Of a DNA stretch of 64,000 nt, positions 8,208-17,213 are shown one piece after another; the first letter of the stretch is position 1, and each line of letters opens with the position of its first letter. Location of the stretch: assembly GCA_032117075.1 (NCBI GenBank), contig JAUMAA010000003.1, positions 41,574 to 105,573 on the forward strand, in the 5' to 3' direction. The position numbers and the translations under genes were made by a program. The notes below the pieces were generated by a model. That model saw only the letters and a list, made by a program, of their open reading frames with translations. It ran no database searches and was not told the DNA's origin. The DNA comes from Patescibacteria group bacterium. Lineage in GTDB: Bacteria; Patescibacteriota; WWE3; UBA101185; UBA10185.

Positions 8208-8714
8208 ATGAATTTGTTATATAATTACAATATGAATCCTGAAATTTTAATCTTTATTCTACTAATTTTGTGTCTTATTCAGTTAGGAGTATTAATGCTC
8301 TTTTTATCAAAAGGGTTTAATGATTTACATAAAAATGACATAAAACTCTATAATATATTTAAAAATAATATAGAGCCCCAAAATGTAACATTTACTCCAG
8401 AAGTCAAAAATTTAGTAAGTTTGTCAAATGATATATGGAGATTTTCTAAGCATGTAGACAAAAACAATGACAAACTAGTTAATTTATCGGAGAGATTAAT
8501 TAGAGGATTGGATAAATTCGATATAAAAATAACTGATTTTACAGGTCAAAAAATTAGCGAAGATTTAAATGTAAAATCAGAGGTGATAAAAAATGACTCC
8601 AGTCTGGAAGATAACTATGTAATTAGTACAGAGTCACCGGCAATTTTTTATAAAGATAAAATGTATCAGCAGGGATTTGTTTTAATTAATAAAATAAATA
8701 AATCAGAAAGTTAA
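8208..8714 (+). CDS. Membrane-anchored protein; C-terminal half weakly GrpE-like (speculative)
   Basis: N-terminal TM. The C-terminal region (GLDKFDIKITDFTGQKISEDLN ... MYQQGFVLINK) loosely matches the GrpE C-terminal pattern. Its stop is 1 nt before the Hsp70 ATG. Confidence 0.5.
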   Translation: MNLLYNYNMNPEILIFILLILCLIQLGVLMLFLSKGFNDLHKNDIKLYNIFKNNIEPQNVTFTPEVKNLVSLSNDIWRFSKHVDKNNDKLVNLSERLIRGLDKFDIKITDFTGQKISEDLNVKSEVIKNDSSLEDNYVISTESPAIFYKDKMYQQGFVLINKINKSES

Positions 8715-8715
8715 T

Positions 8716-11226
8716 ATGGATAGTAAGAATATAAAAATAGGTATAGATTTAGGTACAACCAACTCAGAAGTATGTATTAGCAATAAAGGAAATCTTGAAA
8801 TAATCAAGAATAGATTTGGAAATGAGTTTACCCCCTCAGTTCTTTGGATTGATAAATCTTTAAATAAGCAAATAGGACAAAAAGCTTATGAAAATTTCTT
8901 TAACCTATTAGAACAGCAAAATGTTAAATCAGAAATTAAAAGACTGATGGGAACTAATGAAAAAGTCAAATTTCCTAGACTTGATAAAGAAATGACTCCT
9001 GAAGAGATTTCTGCAGAAATTTTAATCTCTCTAAAAGAAGATATTAAAAGAAAATATAATGATTTTGATTTAAACTATGCTGTTATAACAGTACCGGCAT
9101 ATTTTAGTATTCTTCAATCAGAAGCTACTAAAAGGGCTGGTGAAATTGCTGGTTTTAAGCACGTAGTTTTATTACAGGAGCCGATTGCGGCTGCAGTAGC
9201 ATACGGATTTATGAATTCAACTAACGAAACTTGGGTTGTTTATGACTTAGGTGGAGGAACTTTTGATGTAGCTTTAGTTAACTCTAAAGACGGGCTGCTT
9301 TCTGTTATAGCTCATAATGGAGATAACTTTTTAGGTGGAAAAGATTTTGATGCAGAAATTGTTTATCAGAAAGTTATTCCAGAATTAAAAGAACAGTTCA
9401 ACTTAGAAAACCTTTCAATTGAGGATGAAGAATTTAAAAAAATATTTAATATTTTGAAATATAGAGCTGAACAAGCCAAAAAAGAACTAACTTCTTATGA
9501 AGAAACTTCTATCGATATTGATAATATCGGTGAAGACGAAGATGGGGTAGAAATTAATACCACTATTAAACTCACAAAAAAAGAATTTGAAAATATTATT
9601 AGAGATAAAGTTTCAAAAACTATAGAATTAACCAAAGAGACTATAAAATCCTCAGGAATTGATCAAAACATGATTAAAAAAGTAATTTTAGTAGGGGGAC
9701 CTACTCAAATTCCTTATATTAGAGAAAGAATTGCCAAAGAATTAAAAATTGAGGTTGACACCTCATTAGACCCACTTTCTGCGGTTGCTAAAGGAGCTTG
9801 TATCTATGCCATGAGTCAAAATGTCCCAGATACTGTTTTTGATAAAAATAAAAAACAATTAATGGAGGGGGAGATGAGCTTAAAATTGGAATATAGGTCA
9901 TTATCGTCAGAAATTGAAGAAAATATTTATGGTTTATTAGAAAATATAGAACAAGATAAAGAGTATTTTGTACAAATACAATCAGATTCAAATCATTTCA
10001 GCAGTCCAAAAACCAAAATAAATAATGGAAAGTTTTTTAAAGAAGTTAATTTAGAAAAAAATAAAACAAATATTTTTTATATTTATATCTTCGATGAAAA
10101 AGGTAATATTATCAAAACTTCCCCAGATTCATTTTCAATAACTCAAGGCTTATCAATTGCAGGAGCACCTATTTCACATTCAATTGGTATTGTAGTAGCC
10201 GATAGAAATGAAAGCTTAGGAGAAAAAGAATTTAGAGATACATATTTAGTAGTTTTTGAAAAAGGATCAATTCTTCCTTTAAAAGATACTAGGACATTTA
10301 AAACAGTTAAAAAACTAGTGAAGAATGAAAAGAATGCAACATTAGATATTGTAGTAGGAGAGGGGGAGTCTAAAATTCCAGATAGAAATACATTTATTTG
10401 TACACTAGGAATAAATGGCCAAGAACTTCCGTACGATCTTCCATCAGGAACTGAAGTTGAAATCACAATTGAAGTAAACGAATCAAGGGAGGTATCAGTA
10501 GCTGCTTACTTCCCATTAATAGATAAAAAGTATAACGGCAGATCTTCTTTACTTTCTAGAGAAGTGGATTTAGAAAAAATTGAAGAAGAATTAGAAACTG
10601 AAAGCATGCGAATTGATGACATCTCAAAAAATATATCAGAGAATGCTTCAGACGAACTTAGAGAAAAACTTAGAAGTGTATACCATACAGTAAGAGGAGC
10701 TACAAGCGGTGTAGAGGAGAAAGAAAAAGCCGATAAAGAACTTAGAGAATTAAAAGTTTCTATTGATGAGCTTCAAGAGAAATCTGAAATGCCAAAACTA
10801 ACCAATCTATTCAGTGAATTAGTAAAGGATTCTAAAGAGTTTATTGAAACATATGCTTCGGAAGAAAAAAAAGATATATTTACTAAAAAACTTACACATT
10901 TAGAGACAGACGGGAACGAGGCTATAAAAAATAAAGACAAAAGAAAAATAAATCAAGTAATTGAATTACTTGAAGATTTAAAAGGAGAAATCATCTATTC
11001 TAACGATGCAACATGGATTTATCAGTTTAGAAAACTCTCAACTGAAGTTCTAAATTATACAAACTATTCAGATGCTCAATATTATATTAAAAAGGGCAAC
11101 GATGCTTTAATAAAAAACGATGTCGAAGAAATTAAAAGATGTGTTAGAAATTTATTACAGCTTCTAGAGAGGCCAGAAACCTTTGAGGGAAGTGATAGAA
11201 ACACAATATCTGGTATAAGAAAGTAA
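8716..11226 (+). CDS. Atypical Hsp70-family protein (836 aa): complete actin-like NBD, about 100-aa insertion, SBD-beta-like region, long helical C-terminal extension
   Basis: IGIDLGTTNS, VITVPAYF, DLGGGTFDV, LVGGPTQIPYIRE, DPLSAVAKGA Hsp70 NBD motifs. A later segment (IVVGEGESKIPDRNTFICTLGINGQ..PSGTEVEITIEVNESREVSVAAY) resembles the DnaK SBD-beta motif (V.qGER......LG.F.L.GI.....G.P.IEVTFDID.NG). Confidence 0.85.
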   Translation: MDSKNIKIGIDLGTTNSEVCISNKGNLEIIKNRFGNEFTPSVLWIDKSLNKQIGQKAYENFFNLLEQQNVKSEIKRLMGTNEKVKFPRLDKEMTPEEISAEILISLKEDIKRKYNDFDLNYAVITVPAYFSILQSEATKRAGEIAGFKHVVLLQEPIAAAVAYGFMNSTNETWVVYDLGGGTFDVALVNSKDGLLSVIAHNGDNFLGGKDFDAEIVYQKVIPELKEQFNLENLSIEDEEFKKIFNILKYRAEQAKKELTSYEETSIDIDNIGEDEDGVEINTTIKLTKKEFENIIRDKVSKTIELTKETIKSSGIDQNMIKKVILVGGPTQIPYIRERIAKELKIEVDTSLDPLSAVAKGACIYAMSQNVPDTVFDKNKKQLMEGEMSLKLEYRSLSSEIEENIYGLLENIEQDKEYFVQIQSDSNHFSSPKTKINNGKFFKEVNLEKNKTNIFYIYIFDEKGNIIKTSPDSFSITQGLSIAGAPISHSIGIVVADRNESLGEKEFRDTYLVVFEKGSILPLKDTRTFKTVKKLVKNEKNATLDIVVGEGESKIPDRNTFICTLGINGQELPYDLPSGTEVEITIEVNESREVSVAAYFPLIDKKYNGRSSLLSREVDLEKIEEELETESMRIDDISKNISENASDELREKLRSVYHTVRGATSGVEEKEKADKELRELKVSIDELQEKSEMPKLTNLFSELVKDSKEFIETYASEEKKDIFTKKLTHLETDGNEAIKNKDKRKINQVIELLEDLKGEIIYSNDATWIYQFRKLSTEVLNYTNYSDAQYYIKKGNDALIKNDVEEIKRCVRNLLQLLERPETFEGSDRNTISGIRK

Positions 11227-11227
11227 A

Positions 11228-12655
11228 ATGTCATTTCATAATAATTCTTATTTTATACTAGACTTAAATTCTAATTCAACCGATAAACAAATTCTAAAAA
11301 AATCAAACAATATGCTTTTAAAGATTAAAGCAGAAATAGATATAAATGAAGAAATTCATCATGAATTAGATTTAAGAATTGAAAGAAACGAACATACTAT
11401 AAATGAAGCGACTAAAAAACTAACTTTTCCAAAGAAAAAATTAGAAGAATTTTTTTTCTGGTTTGAGCTAGAGAATGAAACAGACCATCATTTCTATAAA
11501 CTTCTTTCACAAAAAAACTTCATCCAAGCTATTAAATTTTTAAAAAAAGGAATTGAAGAAGATGAGTTAAGAAAATTTAAATACGAGAAAAACTTAGCAC
11601 TATGTTTTCTACTTATGCTAAATATTGATTATGATGAATCTATACTTTTAGAATCGATAAATTTATGGAAAAAATTAATTCATAATTCAAGTTTTTGGGC
11701 TGAGTTTTTTGATAAATATAGAACAAAAGAAGAGGGACTGGTTAATAAAGATTTAATGATTGAATTTAAATCTGAAATAGAAAATTTGATCTTTGAAGAA
11801 TATGAACATATTTCTAGCAGCTATCCAAAAGAAAGAATTATTGAAAAATTATTTACAATTTTAAAACCTCAAAATACTAGTATCTTTTCAAAATATTTAG
11901 AAAAATATATCTCTAAAGTTAACTCAATTTTAGAAAAATTTAATTCAATGGAATTCAAAGATAATAAAATAGGACAAATACAGAAAAATAAAATATCTGA
12001 AAATTTAGATAAATTAAAAGAATTATTTAATTATTTTGAATCTTTAGGGCTAGAAAATGAATCATCTATTAAAATACTGGGGGACGAGGTAGCCCAAAAT
12101 CTAGAGAGCCTATCTATTAAAATTAACAATCAGATTAAAGATTATGAAACATCTTATAAAATACTATCTATAGCATTGAAGTTTGTTGAAAGCAGCTCTA
12201 TTAAAAAAGGTATTGAAACAAATCTTGCAATAATAATTGAAAATAGAGAAGTTATAGCATTAAACACAATATATGAACTAATAAGAAGTGCAAAATTTGC
12301 ATCTGCATTAGTTTCAATTGATTATTTACTAAAGGATAGAAACACAAAAGATGAAACCAAAAAAACTTTAAGGGAACTAAAAGATAAAATTAAAGTGAAC
12401 AGAGATATGGATAAAACACTAATGAAAAACAAACCACTTTTATTTGATATTTTTGGGTTTGGGTTATTGTTGTATGGAGATATTAGATATCTTACATTTT
12501 TTTACATTCCAGTCTGCCCAATTTCAAGCTATAATACAATTAATAATTATGATGGTTCTACTTCATTTTTAGGAGAAAAGGAACTGGATTCCTTTTACTA
12601 TGGTTGGAAAGTAGTCTTCATAGCAGGAGTAATAATTTGGTTGTTAAGTAACTAA
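11228..12655 (+). CDS. Hypothetical helical protein with two C-terminal TM helices; N-terminus resembles a J-domain with degenerate HPD (speculative)
   Basis: YFILDLNSNSTDKQILKKSNNMLLKIKAEID aligns to the J-domain consensus YYEILGVSKTAS..EIKKAYRKLAMKYHPD, with HPD replaced by AEI. Hydrophobic C-terminus. Confidence 0.5.
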   Translation: MSFHNNSYFILDLNSNSTDKQILKKSNNMLLKIKAEIDINEEIHHELDLRIERNEHTINEATKKLTFPKKKLEEFFFWFELENETDHHFYKLLSQKNFIQAIKFLKKGIEEDELRKFKYEKNLALCFLLMLNIDYDESILLESINLWKKLIHNSSFWAEFFDKYRTKEEGLVNKDLMIEFKSEIENLIFEEYEHISSSYPKERIIEKLFTILKPQNTSIFSKYLEKYISKVNSILEKFNSMEFKDNKIGQIQKNKISENLDKLKELFNYFESLGLENESSIKILGDEVAQNLESLSIKINNQIKDYETSYKILSIALKFVESSSIKKGIETNLAIIIENREVIALNTIYELIRSAKFASALVSIDYLLKDRNTKDETKKTLRELKDKIKVNRDMDKTLMKNKPLLFDIFGFGLLLYGDIRYLTFFYIPVCPISSYNTINNYDGSTSFLGEKELDSFYYGWKVVFIAGVIIWLLSN

Positions 12656-12657
12656 AA

Positions 12658-13152
12658 GTGGGAAAATACGAATACGATACAAATTTAAATAATGATATAC
12701 CCTTTGAGACAAATCCTAATGTTACAAATAAAAAAGAACCTAATAGATTTGGTAGTGGAATAATTGTTTTAGTTATCATAGGAATTTTAGGTTACTTAAT
12801 CTCAACAAATAAAAACACTTCTATAAACAGTTCAAACAATGGTTCCAGCGATTCGAGTATTGTAGAATCAGGAAACGATACATATATTTGTTCTAAATAT
12901 AATATTTCTAAACTAAAAGATCTTACCCCAAGCTCAATCCTAAAAAATGAAATTGACGATTTAGAAAATAAACAAAATAAACTTGAAAGAGAATTGGATT
13001 CTATAGATCCTGATAGCAATCCTTATTTATATAATTCCAAAGTTGACGAATATAATGATATTGTTAGTAAATTAAAAGTAAAACTAAGCAACTACAATCA
13101 ACAAGTTGATAACTATAATGATTATTTAATTAAAAATTGTAATAAAAAATGA
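12658..13152 (+). CDS. Membrane-anchored coiled-coil protein
   Basis: Single TM (GIIVLVIIGILGYLIST), then a Ser/Asn-rich linker and a heptad-like helical region. Overlaps the next gene by 4 nt. Confidence 0.5.
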   Translation: MGKYEYDTNLNNDIPFETNPNVTNKKEPNRFGSGIIVLVIIGILGYLISTNKNTSINSSNNGSSDSSIVESGNDTYICSKYNISKLKDLTPSSILKNEIDDLENKQNKLERELDSIDPDSNPYLYNSKVDEYNDIVSKLKVKLSNYNQQVDNYNDYLIKNCNKK

Positions 13153-14216
13153 AACCCTTACTTTATAATAATTATAAAATTTCAGAAAACCTATTTGTAG
13201 TGAAAAGAGAAGAAAAAATTTTCTTTACTGAAATTTATAGTCTTTCAGATGGAAATTATCTTTTCTTATTTTTAAATATTAAACCAGATGAAGTGGTAAA
13301 TATAAATCAAGAATTAGAAATTGTAAAATTAAACATTGGAGGAGAAAACTATTTAGGTGTAATAGCTGACAGCTTTTCAGGAGAAAAAATTTATGAAATT
13401 TCTGAAAAACTCACTCAAATAAAAGGTTTGGATAGTGTTGCTGGAATGAAAGAATTGAAAAATCTTTTATATAATGAGGTCATAGAACCCTTAAGAAACC
13501 CAGAAAAGTTTAAAAAATTTAAAATATCAATACCTAACGGAATTTTACTTTTTGGACCTCCAGGCTGTGGTAAAACTTATATTGTAAAAAAATTGGCCGA
13601 AGAGTTAGGTTATTCGTTTATAGAACTTAACCCTTCTTCAGTTGCATCCCCCTATATTCACGGTGCAGTTTCAAATATCGGAAAAGTTTTTGAGATGGCA
13701 AGACTTCAAGCACCGTCTATTATCTTCATTGATGAAATAGAAGGATTACTTCCAAAAAGAGAAGATTTAGGATCCCATGCAGATACTAAAAAAGAGGAAA
13801 TAAATGAATTTTTACTCCAGCTAAATAATTCCAGTGAGAGCAATGTTTTAGTTGTAGGAGCTACAAATAGACCATCTATTATTGATTCGGCAATTTTAAG
13901 ATCAGGAAGAATGGACAAAAGAATATATGTAGGTCCACCGGATTATGAGTCAAGAAAAGAGTTGTTCAAACTTTCTCTATTAGGCAGACCTTTTGATAAT
14001 AAAATTAATTTGGACAAACTAGCTAAAGTTACTGAAAATTATGTAAGTTCTGATATATCTTTGATAGTTAATCAATCCGCAAGAAATGCACTTCAAAATA
14101 ACCAAGAGTATATAACAGAAGAAAATATTTTAAATATAATAAAAAATACTATTCCATCCATCTCAGAAGAGGATTTGAACTACTATCAGAACTATAGAAA
14201 TCTTGAAAGGTGGTAA
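13149..14216 (+). CDS. AAA+ ATPase, classical clade (Vps4/katanin/FtsH-like single AAA domain) with an N-terminal domain of about 120 aa
   Basis: Walker A GPPGCGKT, Walker B IIFIDEIE, SRH ATNRPSIIDSAILRSGRMDKRIYVGPPD. Confidence 0.85.
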   Translation: MKPLLYNNYKISENLFVVKREEKIFFTEIYSLSDGNYLFLFLNIKPDEVVNINQELEIVKLNIGGENYLGVIADSFSGEKIYEISEKLTQIKGLDSVAGMKELKNLLYNEVIEPLRNPEKFKKFKISIPNGILLFGPPGCGKTYIVKKLAEELGYSFIELNPSSVASPYIHGAVSNIGKVFEMARLQAPSIIFIDEIEGLLPKREDLGSHADTKKEEINEFLLQLNNSSESNVLVVGATNRPSIIDSAILRSGRMDKRIYVGPPDYESRKELFKLSLLGRPFDNKINLDKLAKVTENYVSSDISLIVNQSARNALQNNQEYITEENILNIIKNTIPSISEEDLNYYQNYRNLERW

Positions 14217-14265
14217 AATAATTCTTTGAAACCTTCTGAAAGAATTTAATTTTTGAATTGGTTAA

Positions 14266-14997
14266 TTATTTCTTTTTGATAATCATTAAAATTTCTTTAG
14301 TTTCAGAACCTTGACTTTGAGGTATTTCTTTAAAACTTACTTCGCAAGAAAGACCCAGGGCTTCAATAATATCTAAATAATATTTTTGAGATTTATTCCT
14401 TAATTCTTCAAGATTTCTATATCTAAGATTTGATTTGATAACAGGAAATATCCTAACCTCACCACCTACCTTTAAAATATTAAAAACATTTGTTAAATAC
14501 TTTTTAAATTCTTTTTCGCCTTCCTCATGAAGGTAGAGTCCAGGCCCAAAAGTATCGACAATTAAATCAAAAGCCCCATCCTTAAAGGGCAAGTTTGGAG
14601 CAAAGGCAGCCACAGCCAACCCATCACTTCCTTTAAGCCTTTCTTCTCTTACCTTTTGAGGATCCTCATCTTTTCCTGCAAAGTAATAATCTTTATTGTT
14701 ATCAATAATTTTATTAGTGTAATAAATTGACTGGATATCTCCTTTTTGATCTCTTTCAACCACACTTAAAAAATCTTTTTTGCTAATAGCTAGTGTTGGG
14801 TCCAAAGAAATAACTTGTAAATCAGGTCTTTTAGCAGAAAGACCCGCTGCAAAATTTCTAAAAACACCGCTTCCAACTTCAAGAACTCTAGCTTTTTCTG
14901 GTAAATTTTGAATAAAGGCATCTGACAGATCTAAATAAGGGGAGAGCTGTTCAAAACTTCTATTGGTTACATAAAAACTTGTTTCTTTATTTATCAT
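14266..14997 (-). CDS. Class I SAM-dependent methyltransferase-like protein
   Basis: Motif I VLEVGSGV, acidic end of beta2 (SLDP), FDLIVDTFGPGLYL, LKVGGEVRIF. Paralog of 15008-15808. Confidence 0.55.
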   Translation of the reverse strand: MINKETSFYVTNRSFEQLSPYLDLSDAFIQNLPEKARVLEVGSGVFRNFAAGLSAKRPDLQVISLDPTLAISKKDFLSVVERDQKGDIQSIYYTNKIIDNNKDYYFAGKDEDPQKVREERLKGSDGLAVAAFAPNLPFKDGAFDLIVDTFGPGLYLHEEGEKEFKKYLTNVFNILKVGGEVRIFPVIKSNLRYRNLEELRNKSQKYYLDIIEALGLSCEVSFKEIPQSQGSETKEILMIIKKK

Positions 14998-15007
14998 AAA
15001 TTTATTA

Positions 15008-15808
15008 TTAAACTGTTTTCTTTAAAACTAATACTAATGCTTCTTCTTTACTAATAGTATCTTGAATTATTTTAAAATTTAAATCGAAATTTAGGTTATC
15101 TTTTTGGCAAATATTTTTATAAAATTCATGTGTCGTTTGTATGTCTAATTTAATATCGTCATCTTGATCTAGATTGCCATTTATTTTATCAACTTGAACC
15201 TGAACATCTACGGCTGGAAAAATTCTTGCTACACCTCCCGGTTTTAAAATTCGATAAATTTCCTTCAAATATTTATCAAGTGAAGGATTTTCTTTTGTTT
15301 GCAAATAAATACCTGGTCCATAAATATCAATTATTAAATCTATAGATTCATCTCTAAGGGGAATCTGAGGTGCCAGTGCTGCAATAGGAAAACCAGTCTC
15401 GTGTGCTCTTTGGATTCTTGTTTTGGAAAATTCTTTTTGGTTTTCAACCTTAATTGAATCTTTTTCAGGTTTTAATTTTCTATCTTGGTACCATTTAACC
15501 TTTCTAAGGTATTGGGCATACTTAAACTTACCGCTATTCTTTGGGTCTTTTCTATAGTAAATATCAAAAGAATTTTTATTATCTGATCCAATTATAATTG
15601 TAGGATCAATAGTAATTGGCTTAATATCAGGTCTTAATTTCTTCACTCCTTCAGCAAAATTTTGGTCCAATCCACCCCCAATTTCTAAAACAACGGCATT
15701 TTCAGGTAATGATTTGATATAGTTTTCGCTTAACCCTGACATCCAGAGGAGCTCTTTTAATTCTCGGTTAGTTAAATAAAATTCAGGTATATTTGACATT
15801 TCTGACAT
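15008..15808 (-). CDS. Class I SAM-dependent methyltransferase-like protein (tandem paralog)
   Basis: VLEIGGGL, TIDP, IDLIIDIYGPGIYL, LKPGGVARIF. Same architecture as 14266-14997. Confidence 0.55.
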   Translation of the reverse strand: MSEMSNIPEFYLTNRELKELLWMSGLSENYIKSLPENAVVLEIGGGLDQNFAEGVKKLRPDIKPITIDPTIIIGSDNKNSFDIYYRKDPKNSGKFKYAQYLRKVKWYQDRKLKPEKDSIKVENQKEFSKTRIQRAHETGFPIAALAPQIPLRDESIDLIIDIYGPGIYLQTKENPSLDKYLKEIYRILKPGGVARIFPAVDVQVQVDKINGNLDQDDDIKLDIQTTHEFYKNICQKDNLNFDLNFKIIQDTISKEEALVLVLKKTV

Positions 15809-15859
15809 ATATTAGTTATAATATGCTCCCGTTCGTTTTTCAATCTAGGGAGACTAAGT

Positions 15860-16048
15860 ATGTACTGCAAGTTCTGCAGGCAAAAGTTGCGAGAGAAAAT
15901 TTGCCATTATTGCATGGCAAATATCGACAAACATTTTTGTATCTTTTGCAGAGAAGATGCGAGAGAAGGGAACCATAATTTCTGTAGATTAGTTATCTCC
16001 GAGATGGCAAGAATCGTCCCTAGAGAAAAGAAACATATTAGAAAGTAG
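15860..16048 (+). CDS. Small Cys-rich zinc-ribbon-like protein (62 aa)
   Basis: CKFC...CHYC...CIFC...NFC spacing. GGGAGA RBS. Followed by a strong hairpin. The overlapping alternative-frame ORF 15793-15978 is judged less likely. Confidence 0.4.
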   Translation: MYCKFCRQKLREKICHYCMANIDKHFCIFCREDAREGNHNFCRLVISEMARIVPREKKHIRK

Positions 16049-16061
16049 AGTAGAGATAGAA

Positions 16062-16087
16062 GGGGCGGGTCACAAGTGACCCGCCCC
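16062..16087. terminator. Bidirectional GC-rich hairpin (ggggcgggtcac-aa-gtgacccgcccc) between convergent genes
   Basis: Perfect 12-bp stem. Confidence 0.5.
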
Positions 16088-16108
16088 AAAACCCAAAATA
16101 TTTAATTT

Positions 16109-16423
16109 CTATTCAGTTATTTTGTATTTTTGTAAATCTTTAAATTGTTTATCACCATGTTGTTTATTAAATGCCTCTGTCATGTCTTCATTGCATTTGA
16201 AGATATTTCCACCTTTATGTTTGTTTCTAAAATCAGAAACATCGTATTTTTCACCTCTAACAATAATTACACATTTCTCAACATTAGAATTTGCAACCTC
16301 GTTCTGAATTCTAAATAAAGGAGCTTTTCCCATGGAGGAATTATTGTAAATAAAATAAGCAGCAACAGCTCCTAATGTTACTAAAATACCAGCTATGATT
16401 AAAATTATTTTTTGATTATTCAT
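16109..16423 (-). CDS. Membrane-anchored cytochrome b5-like heme-binding domain protein (tentative)
   Basis: N-terminal TM. YDVSDFRNKHKGG...NEDMTEAFNKQHG resembles the cyt-b5 pattern YDVT.F...HPGG...G.DAT..F...HS. Confidence 0.45.
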   Translation of the reverse strand: MNNQKIILIIAGILVTLGAVAAYFIYNNSSMGKAPLFRIQNEVANSNVEKCVIIVRGEKYDVSDFRNKHKGGNIFKCNEDMTEAFNKQHGDKQFKDLQKYKITE

Positions 16424-16452
16424 AAAATTATTATATATTATACTGTTGCTAT

Positions 16453-17142
16453 ATGAATCAAATAATTATATTTCACGAATTTGAAATTGAAATCATCCGA
16501 AAAAGAATTAAAAATATTCATCTTAGAATAAATCTTGAAGGCCAGATTACTTTAAGCACCCCAAAAAATATCAAGGAAGACTATTTGTTAGAGTTTCTTG
16601 AGTCAAAAATAGAATGGATCCGAACTTCTTTAAAAAAAACAGAAGCAAAAATAAAATACAGTAATAAAAAACTAACACACGGAGAAAAACATTATCTTTT
16701 TGGAAAAGAGCTCGTTTTAAACCTTCAAGAAGAAAAAGTTAAAAAAAGTGAAATATTTCTTTTAAATAATACTAATCTAGTAATGAGGGTACACCCTACA
16801 GTTAGTCAAAGAACTAGAGAAAAGTATATGCAAAAATGGTACGAAGAAAAATTAATTTTAGAAACAGAGAAATTTTTTGAAAAATGGGAAGAAGAATTAG
16901 GAGTAAGTAAAAAAGAATTAGTAATTAAAAAAATGAAAGGTAAATGGGGCTATTGTGAATGTAGAAGAAAGGTTATTTGTTTAAACACAGAGTTAGCTAA
17001 AAGAAACATTGATTTTGTTGAATATGTTGTCCTCCACGAACTGTGCCATTTGCTTGTCCCTAACCACGGACCAGACTTTAAAAAACTACTTAATATTCAT
17101 ATGCCTAAGTGGAAAATTATTAAAAACTCTGAAGAAATCTAG
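16453..17142 (+). CDS. YgjP/DUF45-like (M48/WLM-type) metal-dependent hydrolase
   Basis: C-terminal HExxH (VVLHELCHLLVPNHGPDF) typical of the YgjP family. Confidence 0.7.
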   Translation: MNQIIIFHEFEIEIIRKRIKNIHLRINLEGQITLSTPKNIKEDYLLEFLESKIEWIRTSLKKTEAKIKYSNKKLTHGEKHYLFGKELVLNLQEEKVKKSEIFLLNNTNLVMRVHPTVSQRTREKYMQKWYEEKLILETEKFFEKWEEELGVSKKELVIKKMKGKWGYCECRRKVICLNTELAKRNIDFVEYVVLHELCHLLVPNHGPDFKKLLNIHMPKWKIIKNSEEI

Positions 17143-17155
17143 TAACCTATAATAT

Positions 17156-17183
17156 TTGCAAAGGTAGAAAATTTTGTTATAAT
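17156..17183 (+). promoter_or_regulatory. Sigma70-like promoter TTGCAA-16nt-TATAAT for small peptide cassette A
   Basis: TTGCAA 17156-17161, TATAAT 17178-17183. The predicted TSS falls at the start of the GTTGCTGAGGT box (17190-17200). Confidence 0.45.
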
Positions 17184-17213
17184 ACTGGGGTTGCTGAGGT
17201 AGAGGGAGGTGCT

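Noticed and set aside
9788-10466. Minus-strand ORFs 9788-9991 and 10143-10466 inside the Hsp70 gene
   Set aside because: Shadow ORFs opposite a gene with strong Hsp70 motifs.
14223-14251. AT-rich hairpin (aattcttt...aaagaatt) after the AAA+ gene as a terminator
   Set aside because: Only 8 bp of A/T pairing with an 11-nt loop, too weak to call, although it lies between convergent genes.
15793-15978. Alternative-frame 61-aa ORF overlapping the zinc-ribbon mini protein
   Set aside because: The 15860-16048 frame has a regular CxxC periodicity and a plausible RBS. This frame starts inside the divergent gene's start region.
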